NCBI RefSeq assembly: GCF_032062105.1
Contig: NW_026920581.1
Location: forward strand, 1,674,001-1,738,000
DNA from: Saccostrea cucullata
Lineage: Eukaryota
Direction of reading: 5' to 3'
DNA: 64,000 bases
Both the position numbers and the translations under genes were made by a program. Positions 11,401-29,171 of the stretch are shown one piece after another; positions within the stretch are counted from its first letter, which is position 1; each line of letters starts with the position of its first letter. Under the pieces are notes generated by a model that had not been told where the DNA came from, did no database searches, and saw only the letters and a program-made list of their open reading frames with translations.

Positions 11401-14400
11401 TTGTAAGAATTATAATAGTTATTTACTGAAGTCTATTGAATGACCATTTCAGATGACCATGCCAGAGTTAAACTATCAAACAATGTGTACATCAATGCAA
11501 GTCTCGTGGAAGTTAAACAAGCAAACAGAAAGTATATTTTAACACAGGTAATTATTACTTTTACATGAACTTGCAAAAAACTAGGCAATTATCTTACATG
11601 CAACTTTGGACTCTTGTCTATAGAGGTACAAGTACCACACGGTATTCTACCTCACCACTGTATGCCTGTCTTTGTACATTTTTTTTTTTTCCACATTTCA
11701 ACTTTCAAATATAATCATTGTGGTTTTTATTAAACATTCACTCGCTGATTCTTCCACCTCACTCATGTCTTTGTACATGCATTTCCCCTCTTTTCTCTTT
11801 TTTTTAAAATCTCTTACAGAAAATTTAGTTCTTACATTAAAAAAGTTAACAGGGTTATGCATAAGATTGTATATACATTTATCTAGGTATATTTTCTTGA
11901 AGTTTTTTTTAAAAGTTTTAACTATAGTCATTTGTGGGGTGCTGCAGCTAGACAAGCATACTATATTAGTCATATTTGGAATGCTACATGTGACTAGATT
12001 TAGGTCTGCAGCTCACTGGTCTGAAGAGATTTGAGTGGACTCATGCAACACAGATACATGCTACTTGAATTTTCATCTCATGATAGCTGCATAAGTTAGT
12101 TCTGTGATCTGAAAAAATTCTGATGGATACCAGTAGCATGATTTCTGGGTGAAATTCAGATTAACTGAACTTTTTTCAAAAAGTGCGGAAGATATTTTTA
12201 TAACTGCTAGATATTAATAGAGAATAAGAGATTTAAGGTTTTGATATTTTTTGTGCTTGTATGTATTAAACACCATAGTACATGTAATATTTGTTCCTTA
12301 TTTCTATTTCTAGGGCCCTTTAGAAGTGACCGTTTCTCATTTCTGGCAAATGGTCTGGGAACAGGAAAGTAAAGCCATTATCATGCTCAATAAACTGATA
12401 GAGAATGGAGCGGTAAGAATAGTTTGTTTTTGTTTGGGAATGAACTAGTGTTTATATCAATGGTAATGATTCATCGGTATTTCATAACTGGGGGTTGAAA
12501 CTCGATTGGACTGTTTATAGATAATTCATTTTAGTCTAAATCCTTAATAATGAGTCTTAATAAGATGGGGAACAAATGTATTGTACAAAAATTCTAATGA
12601 CTTAATTTTAAATGATTGTCCCCCACCCCTCCCACCCCCATCCCGAAAAAATGTTAATTAGTTCTTTTTCTCAGTTTTCCTTTTGCTCTAATCTTTAATG
12701 GCACGTAGTTTCCTCTCTGTGTAATACAGTAAAACTCGGTTAGTACGAACACGGATATTGCGAATTCACGGATATAGCGAAGTTATCTTGGATCCCCAGC
12801 TACATACTTTTAACGAATTTCTTACATAGATGTAACGAATTACGGATATAGTGAAGTAATTTCATAGGTCCCAGTGACTTCGTGATAACCGAGTTTTACT
12901 GTATATTTATTTGTCTGATGTTTTGTAGAGGAAGTGTTACAAATACTACCCCACCACTGATGAGGAGGATGAAGAAGAAGAAATGGAGTTTGAAGATGTG
13001 TCACTTAATGTTTCCGTCATCAGAGAAAGACAGCTGGACTATTATATAGAAAGAATCTTACTTTTAAAGCATACAGAGGTTAGGATGGGAATTTTTTTTT
13101 CTCTCAGCTTTATGCCTTTAAACATGAAGATGAGTCTTGTGTGTTTATGCCTCCTTGAAACTCAGTGAAAATATTTATCAAATTGAAATATATCATCTAC
13201 AAATACAGTGGAGCCTCGTTTATCTGAACGCTTTGGATTACTAGTTAATTTGTCTGGATATGTGAAGCGCCGGGATACCTGAATAACCAGTTAAATACTG
13301 TATACAGGGTTATTTTCGCCCTTTCACACTTGCAAACAATTTTGTCCCATTTTAAATTCGCCCAGTCATAGTTTTGTTTAAGTAATTATACTGTATTCTT
13401 TGAATTTGCCCCGTTTTAAATTCGCCCAAATGATAGTAGGGCAAAAGGGGCGAAAATAAAATGGGGGCGAAAATTTCCCTGTATACAGTAAGACAAAATA
13501 ACATTTTAAAAATTCCGTTCCGATGAAAAGTTGTCCGCATACTGAAGCATCCGGATATCCGAAGGTCCACTGTACATGTAGTTAAATGTTTGCTTGTTTG
13601 GTCGTACTTTTCAGTTTGGTTACATGTATTTACAAAATGCTCATACCAAAATTTAATTGGTGCAGCATTACTACATTGGAAGAAAAATACAAAGCATAAG
13701 TTGTGTATAGAGTATTTTCAGCAGTCTTCTTGGATAACAATATTATCTACTGGGAAGAAGTTTCATTTTAAAGCTGTTGAAAAATTGGTAATTTTAATTA
13801 CAGAGTGGAGAATCTCGGGAGGTTATACATTATAATTACACCCACTGGCCAGATTTCGGAGTCCCCCAGTCACCTTTAGTGTTCCTGAATTTTCTGATGA
13901 CGGTCCGTCAGTCCGGAGCCCTGGAGGCAGATGTGGGTCCAGCCATCATCCACTGTAGTGCAGGCATCGGGCGATCAGGAACCTTCTGTCTCGTAGACTC
14001 GGCTCTTGTTATTGTGAGTGAACATAAGTAAACCAGCCGTTATTTGATATTTAAGTGGTTTACTTTGTTTTCTTAACTGTCATATGAAATTCAGGTTGAT
14101 TTGACTTAAGGTTCAGTACATGACTGTATAATTATTTGGTTTCATTGAACAATTTGAGAATGAAGACAAATACCATATCTTAAAAATATATATTATACTC
14201 TCATGTAAATTGGTTGAATCTGATTCTTCCAGAAACATTTGTTAAAAAAACACTATTACCCGCTGAATAATGAAGCAATGCCCTCTAGCATAGAAACAGT
14301 CAACATTGCTTAACAATGGGTGATATTCCAAAAAATGTTGACTGCGCAGAATTTATGCGTGCAAGGTCCACTGTAATATGTATTTGCATAAAACAATAAT

Positions 14401-17132
14401 AAATATTAATATACTTAATGTAACTCTCTGAAAATTTTCAACCCAGCAAGAAAGCGCCTGCAGGGAATAAATTGACAATGATTTTCTTGGGGTGAAATTT
14501 TTATTTTCGACATCATAGCTTGTAAAACGCAAAAACCGTGTAAAATAAACTACATGCAATATTTATATATTAACTCCTTATGATATTTAAAAGTTTTCAT
14601 ATAACTAGGTATTAAAGATAATATCTCATTCTATTTGTCAACACCAATGAAGTTTAGATTTGTCTTTGTAATGCATGGTATTGCTCACAATGATTTCAAT
14701 ATCTTTAGAAATAAGGACTTGAAATTTTAACAAATTATCAAGTTCTACGGCACACACCAAAGAGGTGGGGTTCTGATATCAATAAATTTTGTGAGATTAC
14801 AGGTTTGATATTAAACATTCATTTCACAAATTATGTTCTATTTTTTTTCATTCACACACATATACTTTAAACTTGACCAGGTGTATATACAAAATCTTTA
14901 AAAACGTGCTCATGAATGATATGAACTCAATGTGATGCTATTATTTTTTCTCTGCCTTCTCTAAGTTTACTACATATGGAAATGATTTTAGGTCATCTTC
15001 ACATGGCTCTTTTGCTATAAATAGCAACACAGCTTTGATCAGCTGCGATTCACCCAAATTCTTACTGAAATTAAATACATGAAAATGCCTTTAATAACAC
15101 CCAAAAATCAAAATTCCGGGGCGGGACATTTTGGAGGGGCGGGCGCTAAAGATTAATTTTTGGCCTAAACATCGATAAATAAAATCATTCCATGTGTCAT
15201 TATTTTATCAGATTATCTTGATGTAAGTTTACATTTTTCTTTTGCTAAAATCTGTCAAGGTCAGAATTAAATTGCTGTGATGTTGACATAACGAAAAATA
15301 TTGATATATGGATTGTTCTGTATATTTTTGTGAATTTCCATTTTGGGTACAGTGAATTGAGTTGACAACAATGTATGAATGCTGACTGCCATAAATAATA
15401 TGTCACATTAAAATTCAAAAGTAGTGTATCTCATGACCAAAGAAGTATGTTAAACTGCATTTTCTGATAATTAAAAGTTGTATAAATGTATCTACCATGA
15501 CCACTATATTGTTCTCTATCAAGTTGTAAAAGGTAACATATTCATTATATGGTTGAATATACTCAAGTATACTGGTATTTATTTTTCAGCATAGCAGCAA
15601 AAAAGAAGACACCCCTCCCCCACCCCCAGAAAGGACCACAAGTTTGCCAGTAGATAAACATCCCCCACCCCTCCCTCCTCGTCAGGATCTGAAGAAAACA
15701 GAGGAAAAAGAAGAAGAGGAGGAAGAGGACTATGAAAATCAACCAATTTTAACTGAAGACACGGAAGAGTTAATTCCCGAGAAGAAGGAAGAGGAAAATG
15801 GGTATGATATGTATGATAGTTGTACATGTTTATACTGTAGGGCTGTCACGGTTAACCGAGGTTCGCAATAGCCTTGTCATCGTGAATATTTTTTCGCTGC
15901 GAACCGGACCTTAAAGTCCCTGTGTCTGTTAACAACAGATTCAAAAAGACTTGTTCGCAAAAATTAATCGGTTCGGTTTTTTTAATCTTTTATATAATAC
16001 TAATTTGCTTGCAACACGCGTTGTGATTTGTTGTTTATTTCAATGAAGGGTTCTTTAACCAATGAAAACACAGGTACACATGTAACATCGAAGACATTTA
16101 AACATGGCATACACATGTGGAAGGAAAACCAAATCACAAGTGTGGGAATACTTCACGTTTTGAATGTTTCAATTGTTTGAAACAAGATAACTCTAGTCAA
16201 TAACTATATTTATTTTATATTTATTTTAAACAAGAAGTTTATTACTTTGTTATTTTTTGTTACATTTAACAACTTGTCTTGTTGAATAAAATGGATAGAA
16301 ATTTGTGTCAGCAAAATAGTTATTTCTGAACAATGTCTTTTAATCCTTATATTATCCTTTGATATATATAAAGATGTTTTATTTAAACTCTCAAAAATGA
16401 AAACCTCAACGAAAAGCGCACCAAAAATCCGAAACTTGCGTATTGTTGCGAACTAGTTAACCCCCAAAAATGTCGAATTAAACCGTGGCAGCCCTAATAA
16501 AAGTTGGTTTACACTATACTGTAATACAGAGGGGTTTTTTTTTACTCCATGTTTTCTCCATTTTTGTCCTTTCACACTTGCAAACAATTTTGCTCCATAT
16601 TAAATCCATTCAGTATTAACAGTTCTGACAGACATTATACTGTGCTCTTTGAATTCTCTTAACTGAGAGTCGGGTGAAAGGGGCAAATAAAATGGGGGCA
16701 GAAATTTCCATTTATAAAGAATGTCTTAGACAAAATTCAAAACAAGTTACAGGTATTGTTTTAAGTTTACTTGTCTACACTTACTTTTTAGTCGACTTGT
16801 CTACACTTACTTTTTAGTTGACTTGTCTACACTTACTTTTTAGTCGACTTGTCTACACTTACTTGTCTACACTTACTTTTTAGTCGACTTGTCTACACTT
16901 ACTTGTAAATGATATGAATATTGATTTGGACTTTTTTGTTTTCAACAGTGCTTTCAGAAGGAGAATTCAGAGAGAGGAACGCAGACAGAAAACGCAAAAT
17001 CAAATAGACAGAATGAGAGAAAAACAAAGAAAAAGTGAATTATGGAGAAACAGACGATCCTATTTAACCCCAGTGGCTATAGGAATAACACTGTTAATCG
17101 GCGGCTTCATTCTCTATAAATATTATTTCTGA
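8490..17132 (+). CDS. PTPN1: Non-receptor tyrosine-protein phosphatase of the PTP1B/TC-PTP family; Q-loop exon not intact in this assembly
   Basis: Exons 8490-8558, 10991-11099, 11453-11547, 12314-12412, 12929-13078, 13804-14013, [expected exon missing], 15590-15801, 16949-17132. Motifs KNRYRDVSPYDH, YINAS, YILTQGPL, FWQMVWEQ, WPDFGVP, IHCSAGIGRSGTF, a Pro-rich segment, a basic helix and a C-terminal hydrophobic tail anchor. Probably the single PTPN1/PTPN2 co-orthologue. Confidence 0.92.
9346..10102. mobile_element. hAT-like MITE
   Basis: Perfect 17-bp TIR CAGGGGTGTGCAATTAG / CTAATTGCACACCCCTG. Repeated subterminal ACTAGCCC motifs. TGTGT on both flanks. Confidence 0.85.
12727..12901. mobile_element. 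Tc1/mariner (pogo/Tigger-like) MITE
   Basis: TA|CAGTAAAACTCGGTTA ... TAACCGAGTTTTACTG|TA. Confidence 0.85.
13206..13572. mobile_element. pogo-like MITE containing a nested second MITE
   Basis: TA|CAGTGGA ... TCCACTG|TA, interrupted by the element at 13296-13490. Confidence 0.7.
13296..13490. mobile_element. ~195-bp MITE of the TACTGTATACAGGG family
   Basis: TIR TACTGTATACAGGG / CCCTGTATACAGTA with internal TTCGCCC / GGGCGAA motifs. A second copy lies at 27770-27953 and decayed copies near 16517, 37420 and 61620. Confidence 0.85.
15838..16496. mobile_element. hAT-like MITE
   Basis: TIR TAGGGCTGTCACGGTT / AACCGTGGCAGCCCTA. No clear TSD. Confidence 0.7.
16769..16906. repeat. 26-bp minisatellite, ~5 copies
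   Basis: Unit ACTTGTCTACACTTACTTTTTAGTCG, just upstream of the last PTP exon acceptor. Confidence 0.9.
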
Positions 17133-17906
17133 ACTTATGATTTATGCAAATTAACAAGTTGATGACATCAATATTGTTTATTAGATTTTTTTTTCTGAAG
17201 TTTTTTTTTTTTTTTACACACAATCACCAGTAAATATTTTGGTCATGCTGTTTTAAGTTATTTATACCTCATAGCAATACATGTATTGACTTGATATATA
17301 TTTTTATTCATGCTGAGTGATGTATATATTATACATTGACCTTTATCAGTCATACCCTGACCAGTTAATTGTTAACCTACATTTTGTTTGAAGTTCCCTC
17401 AATCTGGACACGATTTGTACATGATATACATGAGTACACATGTATACTGAGAGCAGTTGTGCATGCATTTGATTGCTAGTCACAAAACTTCACATTCTTA
17501 TAAAATTCTAACTGGATTGGAACTGTTACAGACATGTATCCTTACTTTACTAAGTCTAAATATATGTTTTGGAATGTACTTTGGTCTCTGCTTACAGTAA
17601 TGTGATGGAGAGGGGGGGGGACACGTAAGAAGATTCTGAATACCTGCTAAGAACAAAACAGTATCCTTTATGCTCAGTGAGTTCTAAAGATTACATATCC
17701 ATTGTTTCTTTCTACATATTCTCATGTAAGATCACCCACCTGTTTGAATTTTTACAACTACTCGGACGATTTTTATGTGATACACCAGATTTTTTTTCTC
17801 TTAGGATTTTCATTTTTTCTAGTAAGAAGGAAAGTTGATTTGATGACATCTAGAAAACATTTTAGTGGGGACATTTCCATAATTCACATTTACATGCACA
17901 TATATA

Positions 17907-18882
17907 CGAGGGTTGTTCGAAAAGTTCGTGGACGATGTCCATCTTCGTTATATCACTCAATGGAAATTTAAAACAAGCACATTATAATATGTAAAAATAT
18001 TTGTTTTGTTGATGTGTAAAGTTTCATTCCATTCGATTTGACACAAATAAATTTATCATTTTAAACTCAACATGTTTTGTATATATACGTCAACATAAAG
18101 CGTCGAGAATTTATAATAGATACTATACCTATACATTTCACACAGAATATTCCAATGCCCATTCATTAAATTTCAGAATATATCTCATTGTATAATTTCC
18201 TTTGTTAAGGTTTTAATTTCTTTTAGAACTTAACTCTGCTTTCACAGAATAAGCAACTCTCAAGCGCCTTTGTCTTTCATTTACGTTTCAAATTTTTAAG
18301 TTTTGTTCAGACGTTTACAGTAAAACTGTTTCTTCACAGGTCATCCTCATCCAATACAGAGTCTCTCTCACTCAAATACTGCCTGTACTATTTGTGCACA
18401 CATGAACAACTCGCTTGTGACATATTTTCTTGATTCTTTCAACATTTTGAGAGTTTATTCAGGATTATTTGAGAAAAACACAAAATTGCTTCGGTAAAAC
18501 GTCATCGTGTTTGTCGTTTTATAAGGACTACATCTTGTCAAGTTGATTTCTTTTCAACAAAGAAAAATATAAAAGCATAAAACAAGTAATCCTTAATTAG
18601 AAATTCTAGGTAGTTTTTCGTTTTTCCTCCATTTTACAGAGAATATGACTATAGACATTCTTTATTGTATTGTCTGTAACTGACAAAATTTTGACCTGCT
18701 CCGCGATCCGATTTCTGTATTTTTAAAATCTGGATAAGTTTTTATTCAATCGTAATATGTTGTCAAAATTATTACATATCATTTGGTTTAATTGTGAAAA
18801 TATTTCTACCAAATTTGGATAACATATGACGTCAAATAAAAAAGATATGACAGTTGTCCACGAACTTTTCGAACAACCCTCG
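17907..18882. mobile_element. Non-autonomous mariner element (~976 bp)
   Basis: TA|CGAGGGTTGTTCGAAAAGTTCGTGGAC ... GTCCACGAACTTTTCGAACAACCCTCG|TA: perfect 27-bp TIR with TA TSD, no transposase ORF. Confidence 0.9.
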
Positions 18883-20545
18883 TATATATACACAAATTGC
18901 AACTTTTTCACAATTTTAGTTGTAAATCATTTTGGGGGGGGGGGGGGGGGGTCAATATTCGGTAATTTACAACGTCATTATTATACTATATGTTCCAATT
19001 GATACTGGGTTGTTGAAAAAAATGTTACTTATTACACTTATCGAAAATAAAAAAAATAATGCAGATATCTTGTTTACTAGATTGAGTTAATTATATCAAA
19101 AATATATTTTTTAATAAAACTGGATAGATAAAAGTACTTTCCTGTCCGAGCTCTTAATTCTTAAAAGAGACATTACTTTGTTTATGTGTTTGTCTGTATG
19201 GAACATTTGAAAATGATGACACTGTAATACATTTTTTAACCTTTTAAGATGGAAAGGGAAGGTGGTATTTTGTTAGGTTTTCATTTCTTCTAGTAATAGG
19301 TTTATTCTTGAACAAATTTCAGGGTATGCATATTCAGATTGTTTAAGTTACTAATGCTGTGAATGTGGAAATTTATGTACTTCAGTTATTTCACAATGAA
19401 TGTCAAAAATCGTACACATTGGGTTTAATTCTGTATGCCAGGAATATTGCCCAATAATTAAGATATACAGTATAAAAAAGGTAAATTTATAAATGACATT
19501 TAGTAAGGAATGTATATACTTAATGAATAATTGTATATTTGTTGTCAATTAATCCAGTATGTAACATTTCCACATTTACAGCAGTTATTGCCAAACTTTT
19601 TTTTTAAAGTTCAACATTTGAACAAAAATTTATCTTAAGAAAGATGTAGCCATTTGCCATTGCATGCATTTATACTGATGAAGAAATCATGTATGTATGA
19701 ACTTGTCTCAAAATATTGTTTGACCAGCATGAGATAGCACCAAATGTGGACGTTTTGAACCTTTATCCCTGTGTTGGGATACCCATGCCACTTGAACATC
19801 ACCGATGACATTTTCTAGTATTATATCAACATAAATAAACATATTTTTCATATCACATCATTTTTTGTTTTTGAGTATATGAAGAATTTTTTAAATGGAA
19901 ACTCTCCTGAGAGTGTTAGTATGAGAGAACTTCCCCCTGGACTTATTCTGAGAAACATGTCCACCACCCAAGGTAATCTAAGATAATATCCAGATACAAT
20001 TTTTAATAATTTACAAGTTTGTGACAATAGATCCTTCATCTCAAATTTTAATTGGGGTCATGTAAAAGATAGTATTATGAGACTTTGAAACCATTTCATA
20101 CCATGTATTTGAATTTGTGACATGACTCTTCTTTTGAACTCAATTCAGTAGAAGTCTACATGTACCTTAAGGCTTTTATAGGAACTTAGAGAATTAAGAC
20201 ATAAATTTAACTGAGAATGCCCCTTGCTGCAGAGAAGCTTGATGGACAGAACCAAACAGGGGAAGAAGCAAGTCAATGTTAAGAGTTGGTTTGTTTTGTT
20301 TTTTAAGTCCATTTAATGTGTAATATAATTGTTGCATGTGCCTGAAATGCCTTTGGTGTTTTTATCTCCAAACTTATATTCAATACTCAGGAGCATGCTT
20401 CAAAAACTTAAATGATTCAATTCAAAAATGAGGTAGGCTACTACCAAATAACTTGATGTTATAGTGATGAAAACAACCTCATTCAAAGTCAGCATTCTGT
20501 CATAAATTCCATGGATGTGTGGGGCTCAGCCGGATTCAATTGCCA

Positions 20546-20645
20546 GTGGCCAGATAGCTCAGTCGGTAGAGCACCTGACTGGAGATTCAGGGGGCCTGGG
20601 TTTGAATCCTGGTCTGGTTCCCTCCTTTTTTCTCTCCTGTTACAG
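20546..20645 (+). mobile_element. Short tRNA-derived SINE
   Basis: A-box TAGCTCAGTCGG and degenerate B-box GGTTTGAATCC, followed by a non-tRNA tail. Related decayed minus-strand copies at ~28075-28250. Confidence 0.65.
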
Positions 20646-21004
20646 TTGTTAAAATGACTTTGTCAGCAAATATAACCTCATACAGCTATCATTTGGTCCT
20701 ATTTTGGCTGACTTGTTTCATTCCAATTGTTCTAGGCATTTGTTTTCCTAGTGAATTTTTCTGATTAATACATTAATCTCATTGAAAGTTTACCAGCTAA
20801 AAGGGGAAGCTTACTCCTCCTAGGTACCTGATCCCACCTTTGTAATTTCCAGGGGTTCATGTTATATATCATCATTTCAGATTTGTAAAGTATAGATTTT
20901 TTAAAAATAGTTTGACCAGTTTTTTAAGTGCATGTTTGAATAGCCAACATGTTTACCTTTTTGAGATATTTTGAATTCATAATTTTATGATTTATATTTA
21001 TCTA

Positions 21005-22175
21005 TTATACCCCCCGCAAACAAAGTTTGGGGGGTATATAGGAATCAGCTTGTCCGTCCGTCTAGCTGGACAGCTAGACAGACAGCTGTGCAAACGTGTC
21101 CGGTCCATATCTTTCTTACGGAGAAAAGTTAGAATCTACTACTCCACACAAAGATTGCTCATGACCTAAGGGTGTATCATGACTTTGACCCAAGGTCATT
21201 TGGGGAAGTTCAAGGTCACTGGAAGAAAAATTTCATAATTCGTGTCCGGTCCATATCTTTTTTATGGATAATCTTGGTAAATTCCTATTTCACACAAAGA
21301 TTCCTCATGACCTAAGAGTGTGCCATGACCTTGACCCAAGGTCATCTGTGTAAGTTCAAGGTCACTGAAAGAAAAATTGTATACCTAGGGTAATTCATGT
21401 TTGGTACATATCTTTATTATGGAAAAACTTTAAACTACTACTTCACACAAAGATGGTTTATGACCTGAGGGTGTGTTATGACCTTGAGCCAAGGTCATTT
21501 AAGTTCAAGGTCACTAAAAGAAACATTTCATAATATGTGCATGGTCCATATCTTGCTTATGGATAAACTTGGTAAGTTCCTATTTCACACAAAGAATCCT
21601 TATGACCTAAGGGTGTGTCATGACCTTGATGCAAGGTTACCTGTGCAAGTTCAAGGTCATTGAAAGAAAAAGTTCACAATTCATGTTTTGTACATATCTA
21701 TCTTAAGAAAAACTTGGTAAGTCCCTATTTTACACAAAGATTGCTTATGTCTTGAGGGTGTGTCATGACCTTGACCCAAGGTCATTTGTGCAAGTTTAAG
21801 GTCACTGAAAGGAAAAACTTCATAATTTGTGCCTGGTGCATATCTTTCCTATGGATAAACTTGGATGTTTCCTCGTTTACACAAAGATTGCTTATGACCT
21901 GAGGGTGTGTCATGACTTTGAACAAGGTCATTTAAGCAAGTTCAAGGTCACTGACAGAAAAAGTTCATAATTCGTGTCTGGTCCGTATACTTAGTATATT
22001 TTTTTTTATTAGGCTTCACCTTCGTTTCATTTATATAAAATATAATGAGCAATTAAATTTGCACTAAAAATGTTTTAGCATTTCTCTCTTCTCTTAGATC
22101 CACAAAATATTCATGATTTAGCACCTCTGAAAAGCCCAGCGGGGGTTGTTTTGTCCCTTTTGGACAGTTCTAGTT
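21005..22175 (+). mobile_element. Helitron/HINE-like element with ~6 internal ~146-bp tandem units
   Basis: 5' TTATACCCCCCGC...GGGGGGTATA hairpin and GTCC microsatellite. CACACAAAGATT...CATGACCTTGACCCAAGGTCA is repeated. 3' GCGGGGGT sub-TIR, TGTCC...GGACA hairpin and CTAGTT end. Confidence 0.85.
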
Positions 22176-22310
22176 TATTTATTTATTTTAATAATTTATC
22201 GGGGAAAATTGAAATTGAATATATTTTAATAAAATTCATTTTTTAACAGTGTTGGTGGCCGATTCTTCTTTTACCCAACTCTTCATTGTGAAGCGTCTAA
22301 GTGACGCTGA

Positions 22311-27567
<5,257 letters not shown>

Positions 27568-27769
27568 TGACTTGTGTATTTTGTTACATGTTTACTGTGT
27601 CTGATTGTCAGTGCTATTTTGTTAGATCACATCTCATGTCATTAAATAACTCTACAATAGAAATTTGGTGTTTAAATTTTATCTAGATACAAATGATGCC
27701 TCTCTGTAATATAAGGAAGCTCTAAAATACTAATGAATGTTTTATTTTACCTTTAAGAAAAGGTTTACG

Positions 27770-27953
27770 TACTGTATACAGGGTTATTTTCGCCCTTTTG
27801 CACTTGCGAACAACTTCACTCCGTTTTAAATTCGCCCAGTCATAGTTCTGTTTATGAAATTTTGCTGTGTTCTTTGAATTCGCCGTTTGAAATACACCCA
27901 GTCATGGAGAGAGCGAGAATATAATGGGGGCGAAAATTTCCCTGTATACAGTA
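27770..27953. mobile_element. MITE of the TACTGTATACAGGG family
   Basis: Same TIR and body as 13296-13490. Confidence 0.85.
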
Positions 27954-29171
27954 TTGAGTTTATCTACCGGTAGTTCGTTTTCAATATAAGTTACACCAGA
28001 TACCTGCAGTAGGGAAACTACAAACTAAAATGCACAGATATCTTGGTGGTTACTATAGATTCCATTTTACATGTATGGTTGGACAGGGAATTGAACCCAG
28101 AACCCCTGCATCACTAGTTAGATTCTCAACAAACTAAGCTACATATGACACCAAGCCCTAGACAGAATTTTCAAAGTGTGTGGTTGGATGGGAATTGGAT
28201 TTAGATCTCCAGTATTGTTAGTCAGGTGTTCTACCAACTAGCTGCTACTTATGCCAATATCCATGCTGATGTCTTTTAACATTGTTTACTATCCAGGATC
28301 ATTTTCAAATAACTTTTAATTCTGATATTAATGCATGGCAAAAGTGTAGATTGACCCTTGAACTTTGTATCTAAAAATTGACCTTGAGACATCAAATTTT
28401 ATAGGGACTCATATCTACTCATTAGGAGAAACTTGTGCACCAAGTCTCAAGTCTGTCAAATAAAGGTTTCTCAAGATACTGAAATAACTGAATAGTCAAC
28501 ACTTGAATGGTCAATTGGTCTACCAACCCATCTTCATTTCACAAAAGAACTTATGACTAAGACCACAAATTTTTGTTGATTGTAAAATTTTGCAAAATTA
28601 AGGATTCTGCTGAAAATTGCAAGGGTTATAAGATCTTTCTACATCCCTTTTAAAGAGATTAAAACCGTAAATTATAAAGATAAAAGAAGAGCAAAATTTT
28701 GGTCTTAGTCGTAAGTTCTTTTGTAAAACAGGCCCCAGGTGCATACAATACACCCCCCCCCTTTTTAAAAGGAGTCTTAAGAAACACAACCAATGCTACA
28801 AAGAATCAGTACAGAGTTGTATAAAAATAAAACATTAATTCATCCGAGATCAAAAAGCAAAAACTTTATTACCTTTATGTCTTAATAAATACATGTACCC
28901 CATATGTTTTACTGGTATGACCATATGTCCAAATAATGAATAATTTAAATATGGATGTTGACAGCATGGCAACTTGCTCAATTTGTTCATATTTACTTAA
29001 TTGCAGGTTTAAATATTTTAATTTTTAAACACTCACAAAATACAGTAGACTTATATACTCCTACAGTTTGCTAGGTGAGCTGCATAATATTCACTTCATC
29101 AACATACATGCATCGCTCAAATAAAGTGAATATCTATTTTCACTCTGTCAGTAAAAACACCCCAAAAATGT

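Noticed and set aside
20546-20620. tRNA gene
   Set aside because: The B-box is mutated (GTTTGA), stems pair poorly, and there is a SINE-like tail with decayed relatives nearby.
21005-22000. CRISPR-like array
   Set aside because: The units are whole tandem copies without unique spacers, there are no cas genes, and the context is a eukaryotic Helitron.
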